A DNA stretch of 64,000 bases. It comes from Deltaproteobacteria bacterium. GTDB taxonomy: Bacteria; CG2-30-53-67. The notes under the pieces were generated by a model. That model was not told the origin of the DNA, ran no database searches, and saw nothing but the letters and a program-made list of their open reading frames with translations. The position numbers and the translations under genes are program-made. The number at the start of each line of letters is the position of its first letter. Position 1 is the first letter of the stretch. Of this stretch, positions 10,711 through 20,838 are shown one piece after another. Location of the stretch: contig JAADIO010000005.1 of the NCBI GenBank assembly GCA_013151235.1, forward strand, positions 62,001-126,000, in the 5' to 3' direction.

Positions 10711-13700
10711 TCACATCCGGCCGATCATGTTGAAGCAACGGGAAATCTTCCGCCGGAACTCATTCTTTTCTCCTCCTGATTCAATCGCCGCGCGGTAAAA
10801 GGCGGCGGCTTTTCCCCATTCCTTCATCCGCTCATACTGCAACCCCAGAAAGGCTGCATAATGGGCATATGCCGCCCGGAGCCGGTCACGCCGAGACAAC
10901 ACCCATGCCCCCTGTTCACCCTGCAGGAATGACCCGCGGTAGAGGACCAAGGCCTGATCAATGAACGGACAGGCCGCGGCGGTTTTCCCCGCCCGGATCC
11001 GGGCATCCGCCTTCCGGATCAGTTTCATGAATGCCAGTGCATCGACCCGGCAATATCTACCGTCGAGAGTCAGCCTTCCGTCCTGGAATGATACGGTCTC
11101 CTTCCCGATCAACCTTCTCAGGCGGATGAGGGTCACCCCGAAAGATTTGTAGGCGGCATCCCCTTCGGCATCCGGCCAGAGGATGTCGCTGATTTCCGTC
11201 CAACTTACATTGGCCCCTCCCCGGGCAATACAGACTTTGAGCATCTCTATCGGTTTTTTCGGGACCTTTCCCGTGAAATGAAGAGGCACCCCCTCCAGGA
11301 CCAGCTCGAACCGGCCCAATGTACGGATCTCAACCGGCCAGGGCCAGGCTGTGCATTCCCCTTCCGACTCATCATAGGACAGGCGCCGCCGCCGGATGAG
11401 TCCTCGGACATAGTCCTCCTCGATCCCGGAGTTCAATGCCCGGCCGCAGAGGCGCGCCATCCATCCGGGACGCCACCAGGAGAAGTTCACGTATCCCTCT
11501 TCCCTCCCGACCGCCATCGCCCTGCGAAGTTCGGTCAAACCTGATTGATCCTCCCCCCGATCAAAGGAGAAGGCCGAACGGGTCAGAAGGCCGAGGTATT
11601 CTACGGACCGGCTCTTCATTCGCCGTCCGATCCTGCAACCCGTGTCGAGATGGACCTTCGCTTCTTGACTCCGGCCCGATTCGTGCAGCAATTGGGACAT
11701 GGCAATCCGGCTCTGCGCCTGTGCGTAATGAAGACCGGTCGCATCAGCGAATTTCAAAGCCTGTTCCTGCCGAACCAGCGCACGGGGAAGGTCTCCTTCG
11801 AGAAGCGCAAGCCAGGAGTTCTCGTAATTGTAATAAAAACGGTCGAGTTCCCGCCCTTTCTCCAGGACACCTGCCATCCGTCCCAGGAGTACACGTGCAT
11901 TCTCAAGATCCCCGTCGGCGAGAAATGCCGCCACCCCCTGGATCATGAGGAGGAAATCCCAGACACGCACCCCGCTTTCCGATGCGATCCGGAGCCCTTC
12001 GTTCATCGCCTCGATGGTTTTATCACACGAACCGGAAAGCCAGGCCCATGCCTCGGCCATGTGGAGAGTAATCCGGGCCAGCGGGGACGCCTTACCCGCA
12101 AGGGCAATCTCTCCGAGCCTCTCCAGAAAGTATTCCGACTCCTGATACTCGCCCATCCACACGGCCCCGGTGTAGAGATAGAAACCGGTCAATATACGCA
12201 GGGTGGGATCAACATTCGACTCCAGGAGCCTGACGGCCTTCTCTTTCCAGAACTCGAAATATCGGTGTCCCGGTCTGCGGACAAGAAGGGCCGCAAAGAT
12301 CCGCGGCGTAACCTGCGCGGAAACCTCGGGGGACGGAAAGCCCGGGTGGCGGTTCCAGAGCCGGTTCATGACGGCAATCCAATGGTCGAGGCGCTCCAGA
12401 GCGCCCATTCCGTGCAGGTAGGTTTCCACGATGCCGGCCCAGGCGAGCATGGCACCGGTTCGATCCTTGCCGCGTCGGAATCCCGTATAGGACCGCTCTA
12501 AGAACGAACGGCTTCCGGCCAGATCAAAGTACATCCGGCATACTCCCTCCCAATAGAGGATCTGCGGTGACGATTCACGCATCTCTTCCGGGAGGGCGGC
12601 AAGCCAGCCGAGGAGTGTGCAGCTACGTCCCTGCCCGAGGAGGGAAGGCGCATACCGGGCAATCAATACGGACAGGGAGTCCCACACCCCGTTCTCAAGA
12701 AAAAGTTGAGCTGCCTCCTCTATGGCACCTTCCTCTTCAAGACATGCGGCAGCAAGACTCCGGAGCCGGATCAAATCCTTTCTTTCGAACCGGTCATGTG
12801 CGGCTTTCACCAGGAAGGAACGGAAAAGCGGATGAAACCGGTATACCACAGGACGTAGCGCATGGCGTTCCGTAAAGCAGTTCTCCCGATACAGCCGGGA
12901 AAGGATCTTCCCTGCATCCGTTCGGCCGGAGACCACGGCCGCCGACCGGAGTGAAATTTCCTTCAGCAATGCCGTCCGGCACAAAAAGTCCCGAGTCGGT
13001 TCATTCATTCCCCGGAAGATCTCTTCTGCGAAGTAATCAAAGATTTCGTCCTCCGCCTGACTGTCCGGATGTTCCTTCCGGCCCGTCTCCGGTCCGCTCC
13101 CTTCCGACAGCAGAACCAGACCGGCGGCCCATCCCTTTGTAATGTGGCAAATCCGGCCGACTTCCTCGTTCCGGATACCGGGACGTCCTCTCAGTTTTAT
13201 GAACGAGCGGCTCTCCTCCTCCGTGAACCGGAGGTCTTGCCATCCCATCCTTTGCAGTACACGGTTGGCCCTCATGCGGGACAGAAGCGGTGGGGGGGCG
13301 TCCCGGCTCACCAGGATGATATGTATATCTGCGGGAAGAACGGAAAGGGCCTCGCGCACCACATCGTAAAAAGGGGAACCGGCAGGAACCTCATGGCAAT
13401 CGTCAAATACGATGACACACGGGGTTCCAAGGATTCCGTAAAGAGTCTCGAAATAACGGCGGGTGAAGGCCGGGATATCCATCAGGTATTCACTGCCCAG
13501 AACCGGGAGGGAAACCTGTCTGCGGGAAGACACTTTTTTTGCCGCCAACCCCATGTAATAAAAGAAGGTCGCAACGTCATGATCTCCTCTGTCCACCCTG
13601 TACCAGATCGGGAGCAACCCCCGAACATCGATGTAGTTCGAAACCATTGTGGTCTTGCCGGAGCCGGGAGGGGCGGATATCCATACTGCAGGACCGTGCA

Positions 13701-13785
13701 GAAGTGAATCCAGACGGTGCAACAGGCGCTCCCGCCGGAAGACATCTCCGTAAGCCGGAAGCGTGATTTTGGTAATTGAGCTCAT
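10711..13785 (-). CDS. MalT-like STAND ATPase transcriptional activator with C-terminal wHTH/BTAD region
   Basis: Walker A APPGSGKTT, VFDDCHE, ITKGWAAGL, FHPLFRSFL; C-terminal IRTLGRFEL...LWPDAEGD...LYRGSFL. Confidence 0.85.
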   Translation of the reverse strand: MSSITKITLPAYGDVFRRERLLHRLDSLLHGPAVWISAPPGSGKTTMVSNYIDVRGLLPIWYRVDRGDHDVATFFYYMGLAAKKVSSRRQVSLPVLGSEYLMDIPAFTRRYFETLYGILGTPCVIVFDDCHEVPAGSPFYDVVREALSVLPADIHIILVSRDAPPPLLSRMRANRVLQRMGWQDLRFTEEESRSFIKLRGRPGIRNEEVGRICHITKGWAAGLVLLSEGSGPETGRKEHPDSQAEDEIFDYFAEEIFRGMNEPTRDFLCRTALLKEISLRSAAVVSGRTDAGKILSRLYRENCFTERHALRPVVYRFHPLFRSFLVKAAHDRFERKDLIRLRSLAAACLEEEGAIEEAAQLFLENGVWDSLSVLIARYAPSLLGQGRSCTLLGWLAALPEEMRESSPQILYWEGVCRMYFDLAGSRSFLERSYTGFRRGKDRTGAMLAWAGIVETYLHGMGALERLDHWIAVMNRLWNRHPGFPSPEVSAQVTPRIFAALLVRRPGHRYFEFWKEKAVRLLESNVDPTLRILTGFYLYTGAVWMGEYQESEYFLERLGEIALAGKASPLARITLHMAEAWAWLSGSCDKTIEAMNEGLRIASESGVRVWDFLLMIQGVAAFLADGDLENARVLLGRMAGVLEKGRELDRFYYNYENSWLALLEGDLPRALVRQEQALKFADATGLHYAQAQSRIAMSQLLHESGRSQEAKVHLDTGCRIGRRMKSRSVEYLGLLTRSAFSFDRGEDQSGLTELRRAMAVGREEGYVNFSWWRPGWMARLCGRALNSGIEEDYVRGLIRRRRLSYDESEGECTAWPWPVEIRTLGRFELVLEGVPLHFTGKVPKKPIEMLKVCIARGGANVSWTEISDILWPDAEGDAAYKSFGVTLIRLRRLIGKETVSFQDGRLTLDGRYCRVDALAFMKLIRKADARIRAGKTAAACPFIDQALVLYRGSFLQGEQGAWVLSRRDRLRAAYAHYAAFLGLQYERMKEWGKAAAFYRAAIESGGEKNEFRRKISRCFNMIGRM

Positions 13786-14087
13786 GTCATCATCGTCCCT
13801 GCGAACCACCCAAGGACAGCAGGAAACTGCATATTGCCCGGCTGGTTTACAAGTTGCAGGCACTGTATGTCAGAAACACGAAAAGTCGGAGAACGAATGA
13901 TCTGAGGAAAACTGTATCCGGCATCATGGTGCCCATTCTTTAGAGTAAAGTTTTGTGATAATATAGGGGAGTCTCTGCCTTGTCAATATTTTCTTCCGCG
14001 GCCCCCCCCGCAAAAGAGGTTGTCTTGCACCAACGGGACGGGTATAATATGATTCGTAAAATAAGAACAATAATGAGGATACACACA

Positions 14088-14399
14088 ATGGGAAACCAGA
14101 ACAGACTGCAGATTCAATGCCCTTCCTGTAATACGGAAATCATTATCGATCCGATCACGGGGCAGGTTCTCTATCATGAAGAAGCGAAGAGTGAAAAAGA
14201 ATCCCCTAAAGAAAAGTCGATGCAGGAGTTGTTACGGGAGTTAGAAGAAAAGAAGAAGAAGTCCGCCTCACGCTTTGAAGAGGAGAAGGAAGCGCTCAGG
14301 AATCGGCGTGCTCTCCTCGAAAAGAAGTTTAAAGAGATCAAAAAGCATGTGGATACCTCCGATCCCGGGCGGCCTCCCCATCCCTTTGATTACGACTGA
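14088..14399 (+). CDS. Small hypothetical protein (CxxC zinc-ribbon-like N-terminus, charged coiled coil)
   Basis: QCPSC motif, Lys/Glu-rich helix, GAGG RBS. Confidence 0.7.
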   Translation: MGNQNRLQIQCPSCNTEIIIDPITGQVLYHEEAKSEKESPKEKSMQELLRELEEKKKKSASRFEEEKEALRNRRALLEKKFKEIKKHVDTSDPGRPPHPFDYD

Positions 14400-14421
14400 A
14401 CTCCCTCCAAAACCATTAACC

Positions 14422-15507
14422 ATGCCTGGAAAACAGGAAAAACCAAATCTCATCGGAAAGCCCCTGAAAGAACTGACGCGGAACCTGACCGGCATGGGAA
14501 TGTCTTCTTTCCGCGGTCGGCAGGTCTTCCAGTGGATCTACAAATACCGCAGTACCTCGTTCGATGAAATGACCAATCTCTCCAGGACGGACCGAAGCCT
14601 TCTGGAAAAGAATGCCCGGATTACACGCCCCACGATCACGGAATGTCTCCGGTCTGCGGATGGGACAGAAAAATTTCTCTATCGTCTGGAGGATGGCCAC
14701 ACCGTCGAAGGGGTCCTGATCCCGGAAACAAAACGGCAGACACTCTGCGTTTCGGCCCAGGTTGGATGTGCCATGAACTGCCGTTTCTGTGCAACCGGCC
14801 GAAACGGCCTGGTCCGTAACCTGACGGCGGCGGAGATCATCGGGGAAGTTCTGTCGGCACAGGACCGGGTCCAGCCGCGGACGCTGACACACCTGGTCTT
14901 CATGGGAATGGGGGAACCGTTGGCCAACTACGATGCCGTGGTGACGGCGCTGAAAATTCTCCTCGACCCAGCTGGATGTAATTTCTCCAACCGAAAGATC
15001 ACCCTCTCCACCAGCGGACTAGTCCCCGGGATTCGGCGCTTGGGAAGGGAAGGGCTCGGGATCAATCTCGCCATCTCACTGAACGCAACTACAGATACAA
15101 CGAGGGACCACCTCATGCCGGTCAACCGTCAATACCCTCTGGAACCTCTTTTCGAAAGTCTCCGGGATTTTCCCCTTCCGAAGCGGAGAAGAATCACCTT
15201 TGAGTATGTGTTACTCCGGGGAATCAATGACAGTTCTGAAGATGCCCGTCGGATGATCCAACTCCTGGAAGGGATCCCCGCCAAAATCAATCTCATTCCC
15301 TATAATGCAGGGACGGAATCAAACTTTGCCCCTCCGGACCGGGAGTCGATGGAGGACTTCCGGGGAATTCTCCTGCGTGCGAATTATACGGTATTCATCC
15401 GGGAAAGCCGGGGAGGAGAGATCGCCGCCGCCTGCGGCCAGTTGCGAGAACGAATGTCCGGGCACCAGTTTTCAATCGATGGAGAGCCAAAGCAGAACCG
15501 GCCATAA
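14422..15507 (+). CDS. rlmN: 23S rRNA/tRNA m2A methyltransferase RlmN (radical SAM)
   Basis: CVSAQVGCAMNCRFCATG, FMGMGEPL, AACGQL. Confidence 0.96.
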   Translation: MPGKQEKPNLIGKPLKELTRNLTGMGMSSFRGRQVFQWIYKYRSTSFDEMTNLSRTDRSLLEKNARITRPTITECLRSADGTEKFLYRLEDGHTVEGVLIPETKRQTLCVSAQVGCAMNCRFCATGRNGLVRNLTAAEIIGEVLSAQDRVQPRTLTHLVFMGMGEPLANYDAVVTALKILLDPAGCNFSNRKITLSTSGLVPGIRRLGREGLGINLAISLNATTDTTRDHLMPVNRQYPLEPLFESLRDFPLPKRRRITFEYVLLRGINDSSEDARRMIQLLEGIPAKINLIPYNAGTESNFAPPDRESMEDFRGILLRANYTVFIRESRGGEIAAACGQLRERMSGHQFSIDGEPKQNRP

Positions 15508-15535
15508 CAGGGCTCTCTTCTTCTCCGGCAAGAAA

Positions 15536-15569
15536 AAACGTCCCGGCGGATATACCCGTCGGGACGTTT
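15536..15569. terminator. Bidirectional intrinsic terminator
   Basis: Hairpin AAACGTCCCGGCGG...CCGTCGGGACGTTT between convergent genes. Confidence 0.7.
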
Positions 15570-15610
15570 CATGTTCTTCTCCCTGATTTTACTGAATGCC
15601 GACGATCGCC

Positions 15611-16474
15611 CTATTTCTTCTTTTTTAACTGCGCATCGATCACTCTCCTGAAGCCGGCAATGGACCGGTCTCGCAGTCGTACACCGTTGATAAAGATCGT
15701 CGGGGTCCCCGTCACACCGACGTCAGCGCCGTCCCGGATATTCTTTGCAATCATGGCTTGCAGCTGCGGGTCTTTCAGGCTCTTCCGGAAAGCATCCATA
15801 TCGAGCCCCAGTTCACGAGCGATCTCAAGATACTTCTGGTCTGAAAGAAACCGTTGATTCTGAAACAATTTGTCATTGAACTCCCAGAACTTCCCCTGTT
15901 CCCCGGCAGCCAGGGCAGCAATAGCCGCAGGCCTGGCATTTCGGTGCATCCGGAGGGGGAAGGACTTTTTAACAAGTTTTACCTGTGTGGGATACTGCTC
16001 CAGCACCTGCCGGAGTGTCGGCTCAAGCCGCGCACAGTAGGGTCATTGATAATCATCGAAGACGGCAATCACCACCGGCGCATCGGCCGGTCCCTTGAAG
16101 GGCACTCCCTTGGCATCAATATCGTAGACAAGGTTGACATTAACGACCGACAAGGTTTTTGTCTTCCCGTTGGAGGCAAAGAGTTGATTGCCCCGGGGAG
16201 AAATAGTAATCCGGTTGATGTCGGGATCAACGGAAATGCGGCCCGACAACTTCTGATTTCTCGCATTATAGACCAGCACTTCCCCCCTCGTCAGGACGAA
16301 GAGAAGTTTCCCATCGACCGTCGCCGTCATATCGAGAACTCTCTTCCCGATATGCAGTGTCTTTACAAGAGACGACTCCACCGCCGCCTGGGTCGTGATA
16401 ACGCCCGAAGGCAACAGCAAAAAAGAGACGATCCAGAAGATCCGGAGTAGCCTTTTGCACCCTTTCGTCATCAT
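15611..16474 (-). CDS. DsbA/thioredoxin-fold selenoprotein (UPYC active site), 287 aa, with signal peptide and N-terminal beta-rich domain
   Basis: Track ORFs 16043-16561 and 15611-16006 are in the same frame, separated only by TGA 16043-16045: ...KGPADAPVVIAVFDDYQ-U-PYCARLEPTLRQVLEQYP...GVTGTPTIFING; SECIS-like hairpins follow; ATG 16474 with GGAGG RBS. Confidence 0.88.
15998..16035 (-). promoter_or_regulatory. Candidate bacterial SECIS
   Basis: After the UGA: GUG-CG-CGGC(UUGA)GCCG-A-CAC and CUCCGGC(AGGU)GCUGGAG hairpins. Confidence 0.6.
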
Positions 16475-16522
16475 TGCACCTCCGTTTTTGTGAATTTTTA
16501 CAGCCTCTTTACGCATTTTTTT

Positions 16523-16745
16523 GTAACTGCTCAGGTTGCTTCTATGTTTCCCGCAGAACAAGGCGTGAGGAGCGCAAAACCGGAGGCGTATTTTTCATAC
16601 GTTGAGGATTTGAGCACCGCAACACCCCAAGATACCTTATTCATCAGAGCCGCTGAAAGCGGCAAAGATAAATCTAAAGCGGGGCACGCCGAAGGCGTAA
16701 CCCGTCATGCGGGAAAAGAAAAAGAGGGGTGACCTGAGTAGTTAC
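16523..16745. mobile_element. MITE family B, copy 1
   Basis: TIRs GTAACTGCTCAGGT/ACCTGAGTAGTTAC; 8-bp direct repeat ATTTTTTT on both flanks; inverted homolog at 63644-63786. Confidence 0.85.
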
Positions 16746-16791
16746 ATTTTTTTACTCTATCCCGGTCACAATCCCTTCGTCAAGAAGAAAT

Positions 16792-17775
16792 TCATTCTTC
16801 CGCGGCGGGTTCCACATGCCCGCCGAATTTGTAGCGCATGGCCGACAGAAGTTTCTCTCCGAAAGTATGCTCCCGCCTCGACCGGAACCGCGCATGAAGC
16901 GCTGCGGAAAGGACATCGGCCGGAACGGCCTCTTCGATAGCCGCCATCATCGTCCAGCGTCCTTCACCGGAATCCTCAACAAACCCGGAATACCGATCGA
17001 GGTGCGGATCCTCCAGGAGGGCCATGGCCGTCAGGTCCAGAAGCCAGGAGCCGATCACACTCCCCCGCCGCCAGACCTCGGCGATCTCGGCGAAGTCAAG
17101 TTCGTAGCGACGCTCTTTCGGCACTGACTCGGAGGCTGCATTCCGAAGAATGTCAAACCCCTCGGCATAGGCCTGCATCAGGCCGTATTCAATGCCGTTG
17201 TGGACCATCTTAACGAAATGTCCTGCCCCGCTCGGACCGCAGTAGAGGTACCCCTCTTCCGCCGTCCCTCCCTCGCCTTCACGACCGGGCGTCCGGGAGA
17301 TATCCCCCCGGCCGGGCGCAAGCGTTCTGAAGATCGGGTCAAGCGCCTCAACGGTCTTCCGGTCCCCTCCGATCATCATGCAATATCCCCGGTCAACACC
17401 CCAGACTCCCCCGCTGGTCCCCACATCAAGATAATAAATACCTTTTTCCTTTAACATCGCCGCACGACGCAGATCATCCTTGAAATAACTGTTCCCCCCG
17501 TCGATCACACGGTCGTCCGGCTCCAATTCCCCGGCCAGCATCTGTACGGTCGACTCCGTGGGATTGCCCGCCGGGACCATGATCCAGACGGACCGGGGCG
17601 GCGTCAGCGCCGCAACAAATTCCTTCAGGCTCCCCGCACCGCTTGCCCCTTCCGCAGCCAAAGCCTTTACATTCTCCGGATTCAGATCAAAGACGACACA
17701 CTCATGGCCGTCACGCATCAGGCGCCGAACGATATTGGCGCCCATCCTTCCCAGACCGATCATTCCTAATTGCAT
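16792..17775 (-). CDS. gnd: 6-phosphogluconate dehydrogenase, decarboxylating (short YqeC-type)
   Basis: [40 protein letters not shown]. Confidence 0.93.
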   Translation of the reverse strand: MQLGMIGLGRMGANIVRRLMRDGHECVVFDLNPENVKALAAEGASGAGSLKEFVAALTPPRSVWIMVPAGNPTESTVQMLAGELEPDDRVIDGGNSYFKDDLRRAAMLKEKGIYYLDVGTSGGVWGVDRGYCMMIGGDRKTVEALDPIFRTLAPGRGDISRTPGREGEGGTAEEGYLYCGPSGAGHFVKMVHNGIEYGLMQAYAEGFDILRNAASESVPKERRYELDFAEIAEVWRRGSVIGSWLLDLTAMALLEDPHLDRYSGFVEDSGEGRWTMMAAIEEAVPADVLSAALHARFRSRREHTFGEKLLSAMRYKFGGHVEPAAEE

Positions 17776-18373
17776 CGGATGACTCCTTTCTTTCTTTCTC
17801 GAAATAGCCCCCTAACCCGCAGGGTCGGCACAATACCCGGCCGTTCACCTTCACTTCTTTCATATCCTGAACCCATTCGCCGCAGGACTCGCAACGCACC
17901 CGCTGCACGGGCCGGCCCGGCATATCCTGTACGGGGATCGTGACGCGGACCTCGGTGATCTCGAACAATTCCTCTTCCGGCATCACCTTGTAGGCCTCGC
18001 TTTGGCGGAGATATTTCTCTTCCACGTCCGGTGCATACCGGACGGCAAGCGCCCGTGAAGACTCCCTGGCACGAACCCGGACGGCCCGGCCGGTTTCCAG
18101 ATTGACAAATGTCGCAGCCATGATCCCGTAATCCATGATCTTCAGGGTCCGTTTCCCGATCCGGCATCCGGTGACCGCCATCACAGCGTCGGCGGCACAC
18201 CGGTCCATTTCAACATAGACGATGATTTTCTTCCGTTCCCCTTCGGAACGGGGATGCTCCAGCCCGATTTCACGACAGCCGATCATGGCCATTCGCGTTC
18301 CGATCACCTGGCCGGGGCACTCCTCCCCGTGAAAGGATACGGCTTCCCGCAGAGACTCCTCGAATGATTTCAC
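17711..18373 (-). CDS. FmdE/FwdE-family protein with C-terminal zinc finger
   Basis: [31 protein letters not shown]...CRPC; GTG start inferred. Confidence 0.85.
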   Translation of the reverse strand: MKSFEESLREAVSFHGEECPGQVIGTRMAMIGCREIGLEHPRSEGERKKIIVYVEMDRCAADAVMAVTGCRIGKRTLKIMDYGIMAATFVNLETGRAVRVRARESSRALAVRYAPDVEEKYLRQSEAYKVMPEEELFEITEVRVTIPVQDMPGRPVQRVRCESCGEWVQDMKEVKVNGRVLCRPCGLGGYFEKERKESSDAIRNDRSGKDGRQYRSAPDA

Positions 18374-18395
18374 TGAGACCTCTCTTTCCTGCAAT

Positions 18396-19421
18396 CTATT
18401 TTCCAAAGGGACAGACCGGGAAACGGCATTCCGGACAGTTGATGCAGAACCCGCCGTGGCCGAGAGCTGCAATCTGCTCCCGGCCGATACGTTCTCCGGC
18501 AAGAATCCGGGGGAAGAGCAGATCGAAAAGGGTGATGGAGTGGAACATGGCGCAGGCGGGGATTCCGATCACGGGAACCTCCCCGATGTAGGCGACCATC
18601 AGCATCGCCCCAGGGAGGACCGACGCCCCGTAGATGACCGGATCGGCCCCGGCATCCTCTATCGCGTGACAAGTCACGTCGTCGGGATCAACGGACATCC
18701 CGCCGGTCGCCAGGATCAGGTCCGCCCCCTGATCCAGAAGGTCCCGGACCGACTGTGCAATGGCCTCTCTTCTGTCGGGCACGTAGCGGACATCGACAAC
18801 CTCAGAACCGAGCTCCTCCACCTTCCCTTCCACAACGGGACGGAACCGATCCCGGATCCTTCCGGAATAGACCTCATTGCCCGTGATGACAACTCCCACA
18901 TGGGCCTTTCGCAGCGGCAACACTTTCAGAATACCGCCGGCCCCCCGGCAGATCGATTCGGCCTGTTCCACCCGGCCCAGCGGGATCACGAGAGAAATCG
19001 CCCGGGTCCCCGCCACCCGGTCGCCTTTCTTAACCACCGTGTTGTCGTGCCGGGTGGCGCACATGACATCGCCTAAAAGATTAAACCGGTAGAGGGCCGC
19101 CACATCAATCTTCAAAAGTCCGTTATCGGCCGCCCGCAGCTCCACCTTCCCCTCTTTCGGAGAACAGTCGTGTTCAATGCCATCTCCCGCGAGGGCAGAG
19201 GCCAGGCGGAGGGCCGCTTCGTCCTCATGCAGTTCAATGTCGCTGATCTTGAGAACATAGAGGTGTTCCTTCCCGAGATCGCGGAGATGATCAATATCCG
19301 CCCGGGTCACCACATGACCTTTTCTGAAGGCGCGGCCTTTGAAGCGGCCCGGCACAATCTCCGTAATGTCATGGGCCAGAACGGTCCCGATCGCCGCCTG
19401 TAAGGGTAAGACATGAACCAT
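18396..19421 (-). CDS. Molybdopterin-binding (MoeA-like/MoCF_biosynth) protein
   Basis: LAHDITEI, TGNEV, TGGMSVDPDD, LPGAML, C-terminal CxxCxxCxFPxCPFG. Confidence 0.85.
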   Translation of the reverse strand: MVHVLPLQAAIGTVLAHDITEIVPGRFKGRAFRKGHVVTRADIDHLRDLGKEHLYVLKISDIELHEDEAALRLASALAGDGIEHDCSPKEGKVELRAADNGLLKIDVAALYRFNLLGDVMCATRHDNTVVKKGDRVAGTRAISLVIPLGRVEQAESICRGAGGILKVLPLRKAHVGVVITGNEVYSGRIRDRFRPVVEGKVEELGSEVVDVRYVPDRREAIAQSVRDLLDQGADLILATGGMSVDPDDVTCHAIEDAGADPVIYGASVLPGAMLMVAYIGEVPVIGIPACAMFHSITLFDLLFPRILAGERIGREQIAALGHGGFCINCPECRFPVCPFGK

Positions 19422-19512
19422 AATGGTTCTCCTCCCCAATGTTCCCCGGCTTCCTCATGATCAACCATTTCGTGAAAAGACACTGTTCCCTTCCCGGCAA
19501 GGCCGGTCGATT

Positions 19513-20634
19513 TTAACCGGACTTCAGCGAACCGATACACCGGGAACAGGTCTTTCCGGGAATCCCGATAAAAGGTTCCCCGCAAACGCTGCAATACCGC
19601 GCGGAAACCTCGGCAAGCAGGCGCTCCTTTCTCTGCAGCCAGGACGCCAAAGAGATCTGTTCCGAAAAGGTGATCGCCTTGGGGAGACAGGCCTCCCCGC
19701 AAATCCGGCAGCCGACGCAGCCGGAAGGGGTAAGATACAACCGGACGGAGTCCTCTTGCTCCTCCCGCCGGAGCGCCCCGGTCGGGCAGAGGGTCTCGCA
19801 GACATTACACCCGACACAGTTTTCCGAGATCTTCAGATCGAGCGTCGGAAGTATTCCGCCCGGAATCGGTCCCTCCCGCACGGTCCCTAACTGCGCCAAG
19901 AGGGTGAGGAGGAAGAGACGTCGGGGATCTCCTTTTCCTTCCCAGCGCACCTTCCGCGCTTCCCCGACGGTGTCGGGGAACAGGTTCAAGGCGGTCTCCA
20001 TCGTCCGCCTGCGAAAGAGGCCGAAGAACTCTCTCCGCCCCATTCCTTCCGTAACCACGGGGCGAGACTCCCTCTCTGCAAACTTCACAAAGGATTCGAC
20101 CTCAACGATCTCCCCGCCCCAATCCGGAAACCGGGAAAGAAGTTGACACACCTGTTGCAGGGTTTGTCGATACTGTGCCATGGCCGGTTCCAAAGGACAT
20201 TCCCGGCAGTCGATCCGTTTGATCTCGACCCGCCCGCTCCCCCAGACAAAGGGCGCAACCAGAAAGGACGGAGGAAGCCCCGCCAGACAGGGAAGCACCT
20301 GTACCCCTTCGCCGTTCTTCTGCAGATCCATGGCACAGGTGAACCGTACTGATGGACGTCCCGCTGCCTGTTGCTGCAGCAAGGTCCGACGCTTCCGCTC
20401 CCGAACGGAAGAGCATGAAAAAACTCCCGTGGGACAGGCAACCAGGCAGGCCTCGCAACCGGCACAATTCTCCCGGAGAATCACCCGATCCCCCTGAACA
20501 TCCACGGCCTGAACGGGGCAGATGTCGGCACAGACACGGCACTCGCCCCGGGGATAACGGGCACGGATACAACGATGGGACTCCACCCGGAGATCTTGTG
20601 CCGCAACCAGTTTTTCAAACATACGATGGATCAT
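19513..20634 (-). CDS. Multi-[4Fe-4S] ferredoxin-like protein
   Basis: CRVCADICP, CAGCEACLVACP, CVGCNVCETLCP, CVGCRICGEACL. Confidence 0.85.
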   Translation of the reverse strand: MIHRMFEKLVAAQDLRVESHRCIRARYPRGECRVCADICPVQAVDVQGDRVILRENCAGCEACLVACPTGVFSCSSVRERKRRTLLQQQAAGRPSVRFTCAMDLQKNGEGVQVLPCLAGLPPSFLVAPFVWGSGRVEIKRIDCRECPLEPAMAQYRQTLQQVCQLLSRFPDWGGEIVEVESFVKFAERESRPVVTEGMGRREFFGLFRRRTMETALNLFPDTVGEARKVRWEGKGDPRRLFLLTLLAQLGTVREGPIPGGILPTLDLKISENCVGCNVCETLCPTGALRREEQEDSVRLYLTPSGCVGCRICGEACLPKAITFSEQISLASWLQRKERLLAEVSARYCSVCGEPFIGIPGKTCSRCIGSLKSG

Positions 20635-20838
20635 CTTATATCAGACCATGGCCGGAGATAGACAATCGATGAAAAATCAACCGCCGAATTCCCGATCAAA
20701 GTGTAGACAAAGGGAAAGAAAATTGCAAGTCCTCTTCCGAGTCCTGGAATAAGGATAGGAGGGGCCACTCCACAGATTGCGGTATGGGGCAAATCCCTTG
20801 CAACAGGCTTACGACGCCCGAAAGAGATGAAGACCTGC

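Noticed and set aside
16475-16561. N-terminal extension of the DsbA ORF given by the track
   Set aside because: It runs into MITE family B; the ATG at 16474 has a GGAGG RBS and gives a proper signal peptide.
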